The position numbers and the translations under genes were made by a program. Of a stretch of DNA of 37,499 nucleotides, positions 33,887-37,499 are shown piece by piece (position 1 is the first letter of the stretch; each line of letters opens with the position of its first letter). The stretch lies in the IMG/VR virus record IMGVR_UViG_3300045988_057146, positions 1-37,499 of that record; one strand, 5' to 3'. Under the pieces are notes generated by a model. It searched no databases. It saw nothing but the letters and a program-made list of their open reading frames with translations, and had not been told where the DNA came from. The stretch is from a virus.

Positions 33887-34058
33887 ATATGCCAAAAATA
33901 TGCCAATGTTCCTATATATGCTTTATATATAGGCTTTTATTTATTATATAAGAATCGGACAGGTATATTCCACCATGTTATTGTAGTATTTTACAGTACT
34001 TTTGCGTACTCTATGATACTGCAATTTTCAATATAAAATATGCCAAAAAATATGCCAA
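33887..34058. other. attP-like site: arm-type repeats flanking a core inverted repeat
   Basis: ATATGCCAA occurs at 33887, 33898, 34038 and 34050, with an inverted TATGCC at 33869-33874. The core candidate is CCTATATA-7 bp-TATATAGG at 33911-33933. Confidence 0.6.
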
Positions 34059-34091
34059 TAAAAAATGCAGACTATTTTTTTTTAGTCTGCA
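34058..34091 (-). terminator. Terminator overlapping the 3' end of the RHH gene
   Basis: TGCAGACT/AGTCTGCA stem followed by T5 on the minus strand. Confidence 0.55.
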
Positions 34092-34254
34092 TATCTTTTC
34101 GTATCAATTCCTTAATATATCCCATTTTAGAATCAACCTCATCCAATTTCTTTATGATGTCTGCGTCCGTGTTGTAACTTAAACGAACGCAAATCATCTT
34201 TGTATTAATCTTATTCGATTTACTGTTAGCTCTAAATTTTGCTTCTGAAGCCAC
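34072..34254 (-). CDS. Small ribbon-helix-helix-like protein
   Basis: 60 aa. TKMICVRLSYNTDADIIKKLDEV...GYIKELIRKD has an RHH (CopG/Arc) pattern. Confidence 0.45.
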   Translation of the reverse strand: MASEAKFRANSKSNKINTKMICVRLSYNTDADIIKKLDEVDSKMGYIKELIRKDMQTKKK

Positions 34255-34270
34255 TTACAATTCCTCCTAT

Positions 34271-34600
34271 TTACCATTCCTCAACATCTTTAATTGTATA
34301 TGATTCCATATCAAATATCTTTTCTTCTTCGTCCCATCCTTCAACGCAAATTTCGCATGGCACTTCAATTGTATCAACATATCCATAAATGTGATGTACT
34401 TCAATCACGATACATCCTTCTAAATATCCTACGTCACCTTTCCGTTCAATCATATCTAGGCAATCGTTGATATCTGTAGTTCTAATTCCTTTCTTATCAT
34501 AGTAGTATAAATCTCTGCCAGTGTTTAATTCATCCGCTTTCTTTACGAAATCAGTGTGTTCTCCAAATTCCTTGTAATTCATCAATTGTTCTTTTGTCAT
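34271..34600 (-). CDS. Hypothetical protein (109 aa)
   Basis: Start trimmed to the ATG at 34600, after AAGGAGGAAC. Confidence 0.5.
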   Translation of the reverse strand: MTKEQLMNYKEFGEHTDFVKKADELNTGRDLYYYDKKGIRTTDINDCLDMIERKGDVGYLEGCIVIEVHHIYGYVDTIEVPCEICVEGWDEEEKIFDMESYTIKDVEEW

Positions 34601-34613
34601 CTTGTGTTCCTCC

Positions 34614-34859
34614 TTATTCAATTGTGATTTTCTTTCCAAAAATATCGTTGTATCTGTTACTACTAGAATACCACTTATCACTAAACATATCATAATATTT
34701 TACGATTAATGGATTCTTTTTTCCTGTAACAATATGAACATAATCCATATTGCTTGGCATAGAATGGACATATTCGTCCATTCTATTTTTAAGACTTATC
34801 AATGAGTTGCTTTCGTCAACAACTTCTCCTTTAACAATTGCATAATATTTAAATGTCAT
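34614..34859 (-). CDS. Hypothetical protein (81 aa)
   Basis: AAGGAGGG lies 8 nt before the ATG. Confidence 0.5.
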   Translation of the reverse strand: MTFKYYAIVKGEVVDESNSLISLKNRMDEYVHSMPSNMDYVHIVTGKKNPLIVKYYDMFSDKWYSSSNRYNDIFGKKITIE

Positions 34860-34880
34860 TTCTTGTACCCTCCTTATATA

Positions 34881-34970
34881 TTACTTAACAAACCATACAA
34901 TCAATATTGCAATTAATAATACAATGGTAATTGCATTTAAAATCATTTTAACTATTTCTAGTTTTTTCAT
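34881..34970 (-). CDS. 29-aa hydrophobic peptide
   Basis: AAGGAGGAAC lies 6 nt before the ATG. MKKLEIVKMILNAITIVLLIAILIVWFVK forms a single TM helix. It is below the track cutoff. Confidence 0.4.
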   Translation of the reverse strand: MKKLEIVKMILNAITIVLLIAILIVWFVK

Positions 34971-35016
34971 TTCTTGTTCCTCCTTTTATGTGGTACAATC
35001 TAAGTGAGCTAGGGAA

Positions 35017-35139
35017 TTAATTCCCTAAGCTCTTGATGAATGTTATTATAGCTACTATCAACCCAATAACATTTTTAGCAATCTCTAAATAGATATTAGC
35101 GGTCTCTATTTTCTGATTGCTTTTTTTCTTTGTTTTCAT
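35017..35139 (-). CDS. 40-aa single-TM peptide
   Basis: Start trimmed to the ATG at 35139, after GGGAGG. Translation MKTKKKSNQKIETANIYLEIAKNVIGLIVAIITFIKSLGN. Confidence 0.4.
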   Translation of the reverse strand: MKTKKKSNQKIETANIYLEIAKNVIGLIVAIITFIKSLGN

Positions 35140-35186
35140 GTTTAACCTCCCAAAACAAATATCCTTGTCTTTCTGACCACATATAT

Positions 35187-35215
35187 AGTATAACATACAC
35201 GTATATACGTGTAAA
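35187..35215 (-). promoter_or_regulatory. Promoter with an 18-bp perfect palindrome in the spacer
   Basis: Minus strand has TTTACA (35215-35210), a 17-nt spacer, then TATACT (35192-35187). The palindrome TACACGTATATACGTGTA at 35196-35213 spans the -35 and the spacer. Confidence 0.55.
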
Positions 35216-35226
35216 GAACTTTTTTG

Positions 35227-35262
35227 GAAAAATAAAAATAGCCTACGCATTACACGTAGGCT
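35227..35262 (-). terminator. Rho-independent terminator after the endolysin gene
   Basis: AGCCTACG/CGTAGGCT stem followed by ATTTTTATTTTT on the minus strand. Confidence 0.65.
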
Positions 35263-35268
35263 TTATTA

Positions 35269-36993
35269 TTATTTAAATAGTTTCGACACCTTTTTTAATA
35301 ACTTTAAAATCAAAGTGATAATCCGATTGATTCCATCTACATTAATTTTATCTTTTTTTGAATCATTACTTGAATCATCTTTTTTAGAATTGCTCAACTC
35401 ATCCAAATATTGTGATACTAATGATTTAAAATCATCCCATCCCTCATCAAGAATCTTGTGTGGGCAATATTTATAATTACCACTTGTCATCTTGTAATCA
35501 TGGTGCTTTTTCAAGCAATCAATACTCAATCCATATTTATACAATAATTCAGATGCAAGTCTTGCTCCATTCTCTCTAGCTTTTTTCCATTCATCTTGTG
35601 AATCGTTATCATTATCCTTGGCGATTTCGATTTGGATACCTGTTCTATTACCAAGTCCATATGCTCCATCACCTGTTGCAAATGCATTACGATTCAATGG
35701 TAATGATTCGATGATGTCTTTATCATCCACCGAGAAATGCCATGATTTATATTCCTTCGAATTATGCAATGCATTATTTAAAGCTCTAGCAGTTCCATTT
35801 GGTGTAGCCGAGTTATGAATGATGATTGCTTGAGGTTTATTCATCAAATAAGGGCATTTGTACGGATACAAGCTCTTATCAATTAAATCAACTGTAACTC
35901 CATCATGATTATAAACTTCATCTTTTACATCGTGACCTTCATATTCTCCTTTATTGACTGAACTAAATCCATTTGTATTTTCTGTTGGTGTAGGCGTTGG
36001 CTTAACTTCTTCTTTTTTTTCTTCTTCCGGTGAAGTAAATGTTGCCCACATTTGACTTCTATCTTCGGTTGCTGAAACTGCTAAGAATACTTTTCTTGAA
36101 CCATCTTTATACACAATATATCTGTGCCCATTGCCCACATATTTCCAGTAATAACGAATTGAATCACCAGTGTTGTATGTCTTACATACTGTGCCAGTTG
36201 GAGAATCATAACGCGCTCTCACGCCGTCTACAGTAAATGTAGCAATGCCATCTTCTTGTGTTAATGTAATAGATTCAACAGGTTTTTGTTCTTCGATAGC
36301 ACTAAAGTCTGCCCATGGTTCAGTACCAGCTTCATTACCATTTACTGCAACGAAATAACGATAGCTTGCACCATCCGCTTGATGTTCAACCCAACTAATA
36401 TATCTATGGCCGTTACCAACCCATTTTTGGGTATATTCTAATTTTCTGCCACTTTTCAATGTTTCAACCGCCAAACCTGTAGGTGTATCTCTTCGCTTTT
36501 GAATATCATATTTAAGCGTAGCATAAGCGTGCTCATCTATTAGTTTAGATTCGCTATAATCGCTATTTTGAGCTTGATTTACGAAACATTTAGGTCTAAA
36601 TGCAGTATCAAAGGTAGCACTGTATGGAAGTTTACATAAATTAAATGCCCCATTTACTCCACCTTGGTTCTGCCCTAAGAACCAACCGTATCCACCACTT
36701 GCGTCGTGGTCGAAAATTGCAATGTGCGAGTATGGAGTCCATCCTGCTACTTCTCTAAATACTGCAATATCACCAGGTTGCATAACAGTGACTTCATTAC
36801 AATAATTTAAGATTCCATTTGTTTTTCGATTGTTCCAAATGTCTTTTGCATAACCGCTTGTAGTACAGTGAATTGCTTTATATCCTAAATCAATCATGTA
36901 CTTCATAGTTCCATCCCAACACTGAGCACCATAATATCCGTCAATGTCGAATGCTTTGCCTAATACGGCTTTTTTAAAATCTTGATAATTTAT
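35269..36993 (-). CDS. Endolysin: CHAP, two SH3b-like repeats and an Amidase_2 (PGRP) domain
   Basis: The CHAP catalytic motif GAQCWDG lies upstream of the first ATG (36906). The frame is open back to a TAA, and ATA 36993-36991 lies 9 nt after AAGGAGGA. NGHRYI(S/V) repeats appear twice. The amidase motifs are IIIHNSAT...GIQIEIA...YCPHK. Confidence 0.85.
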   Translation of the reverse strand: MNYQDFKKAVLGKAFDIDGYYGAQCWDGTMKYMIDLGYKAIHCTTSGYAKDIWNNRKTNGILNYCNEVTVMQPGDIAVFREVAGWTPYSHIAIFDHDASGGYGWFLGQNQGGVNGAFNLCKLPYSATFDTAFRPKCFVNQAQNSDYSESKLIDEHAYATLKYDIQKRRDTPTGLAVETLKSGRKLEYTQKWVGNGHRYISWVEHQADGASYRYFVAVNGNEAGTEPWADFSAIEEQKPVESITLTQEDGIATFTVDGVRARYDSPTGTVCKTYNTGDSIRYYWKYVGNGHRYIVYKDGSRKVFLAVSATEDRSQMWATFTSPEEEKKEEVKPTPTPTENTNGFSSVNKGEYEGHDVKDEVYNHDGVTVDLIDKSLYPYKCPYLMNKPQAIIIHNSATPNGTARALNNALHNSKEYKSWHFSVDDKDIIESLPLNRNAFATGDGAYGLGNRTGIQIEIAKDNDNDSQDEWKKARENGARLASELLYKYGLSIDCLKKHHDYKMTSGNYKYCPHKILDEGWDDFKSLVSQYLDELSNSKKDDSSNDSKKDKINVDGINRIITLILKLLKKVSKLFK

Positions 36994-37044
36994 TAAAAAA
37001 AATCCTCCTTATATGTCGATTATAGCACATAAAGAGGATATTTA

Positions 37045-37482
37045 TTATTGATATACTGAGAACATTTCTCTTAATTTATCTCTTACCATTTCTCTTTCTT
37101 CTTGAAAGTCGCTAGACGTTTTCATTTCTTCTAGAATTCCATACATAGCGCTAAGAAAAGATTCTAATTCACGAATTGAATTTTGTTTATCAATTTCATT
37201 ATTGCCTTTCCGATATTCTTTCTTTGCTTCTATGTATTTCCTAAAATGGCTATTCATCAATGCAATATTATCATCAATTTCCGTTCCTTCAATATCTGTA
37301 TCATTTGCTTTTAATGCGTTTATAGCCGTTCTTCCATCACTCATAGCTAGTATTGTATCAATGTCTTTGATATTGTCTAAAGCTTGGCTCATGACTTTAA
37401 AATCTAAATCATTGTATCCTTTTTCTAGTCCTCTCATTGCTTCGGTTAAGAGGTCTAGATTCCTTTTTCTAACCTCTTGCAT
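37045..37482 (-). CDS. Hypothetical helical protein
   Basis: ATG after TAGGTG. No family recognised. Confidence 0.5.
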   Translation of the reverse strand: MQEVRKRNLDLLTEAMRGLEKGYNDLDFKVMSQALDNIKDIDTILAMSDGRTAINALKANDTDIEGTEIDDNIALMNSHFRKYIEAKKEYRKGNNEIDKQNSIRELESFLSAMYGILEEMKTSSDFQEEREMVRDKLREMFSVYQ

Positions 37483-37499
37483 GATACACCTACGCTAAT

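Noticed and set aside
8958-35250. Long N-terminal extensions in several ORF-track calls: 8958-9392, 9317-9748, 14708-15352, 29178-29510, 30734-30937, 31110-31418, 31465-31908, 32724-33848, 34271-34693 and 35017-35250.
   Set aside because: The extended starts overlap upstream genes or lack an SD. Internal ATG or TTG codons with strong GGAGG-type sites give N-termini typical of the families, so the starts were trimmed as listed in the features.
2599-36993. Wholesale codon reassignment (AUA = Met, as in some mitochondrial codes) as the explanation for the ATA starts.
   Set aside because: Internal ATA codons are abundant and fall at aliphatic positions of conserved motifs. For example, the integrase box PIIRIHDLRHS is encoded as CCT ATT ATA AGA ATA CAC. 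TGA, TAA and TAG all behave as stops. This is consistent with the standard bacterial code plus special initiation only.
2599-36993. Random sequencing or assembly errors turning ATG into ATA.
   Set aside because: The same G-to-A difference would have to occur at exactly the third base of 8-14 start codons and nowhere obvious elsewhere. Frames are otherwise intact. It still needs read-level confirmation, so it is listed as a check rather than assumed.
2543-37498. About 25 plus-strand ORFs of 60-167 aa in the ORF track, for example 4769-5149, 7941-8291, 12526-13029, 22123-22428 and 37202-37498.
   Set aside because: All lie antisense inside well-supported minus-strand genes. They have low-complexity Leu/Ser/Phe/Ile-rich translations typical of shadow frames in AT-rich DNA, and they lack Shine-Dalgarno sites. 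Only 31534-31908 and 31895-32500 are accepted on the plus strand.
33849-37499. The region to the right of the integrase as host chromosome or a second prophage.
   Set aside because: The att site carries both arm-repeat clusters around one core, which is the attP configuration. The region encodes the phage's only endolysin, and that gene shares the ATA-start peculiarity. The simplest reading is a single circularly permuted phage genome.
1-37499. Additional hammerhead cores (CUGAUGA ... GAA) elsewhere in the window.
   Set aside because: A visual scan of the intergenic regions found near-matches only, for example ctgatgt at 19886 and ctgataa at 16032, without the flanking helices. A covariance-model scan would be needed to be certain.

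Overview
The window is a nearly complete genome of a temperate, siphovirus-like phage from an AT-rich Gram-positive (Firmicutes-type) host, judged by GGAGG Shine-Dalgarno sites. Almost all genes are on the minus strand, so transcription runs right to left.

Modules in transcription order:
- Endolysin (35269-36993).
- A small promoter/operator-controlled accessory operon (34072-35215).
- An intact attP-like site (33887-34058) and a tyrosine integrase (32724-33818).
- A plus-strand XRE repressor plus a secreted protein (31534-32500), facing a divergent operator/promoter region.
- Early, recombination and replication genes (31391 down to 23154): a hammerhead ribozyme, ERF, a NinB-like protein, RusA, a replication initiator with internal iterons, a Lar-like protein and SSB.
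- An ArpU/RinA-like regulator and a tRNA-like gene (22729-22804).
- A ParB-like / GT-A-like / radical-SAM cassette.
- terS, terL and portal, then a displaced fibre cassette.
- Head genes, head-tail joining genes, major tail, chaperones, tape measure, Dit and a Gp37-like protein.
- Holin, then a promoter-bearing accessory cluster that runs off the left edge.

Most notable observations:
1. At least 8, and possibly 14, genes have no canonical start codon in front of their conserved N-termini. These include tape measure, Dit, major tail, major capsid, portal, RusA and the endolysin. Each instead has an ATA at proper Shine-Dalgarno spacing.
2. The phage carries a non-canonical tRNA-like gene with anticodon UAU, which is complementary to AUA. 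It has two bacterial initiator-tRNA hallmarks: a 1:72 mismatch and A11:U24.
3. A complete type II hammerhead ribozyme core sits directly after the first early gene.
4. A three-gene ParB-like / glycosyltransferase-like / SplB-like radical-SAM cassette lies at the head of the late operon.

All family assignments come from reading the translations. No database searches were run.
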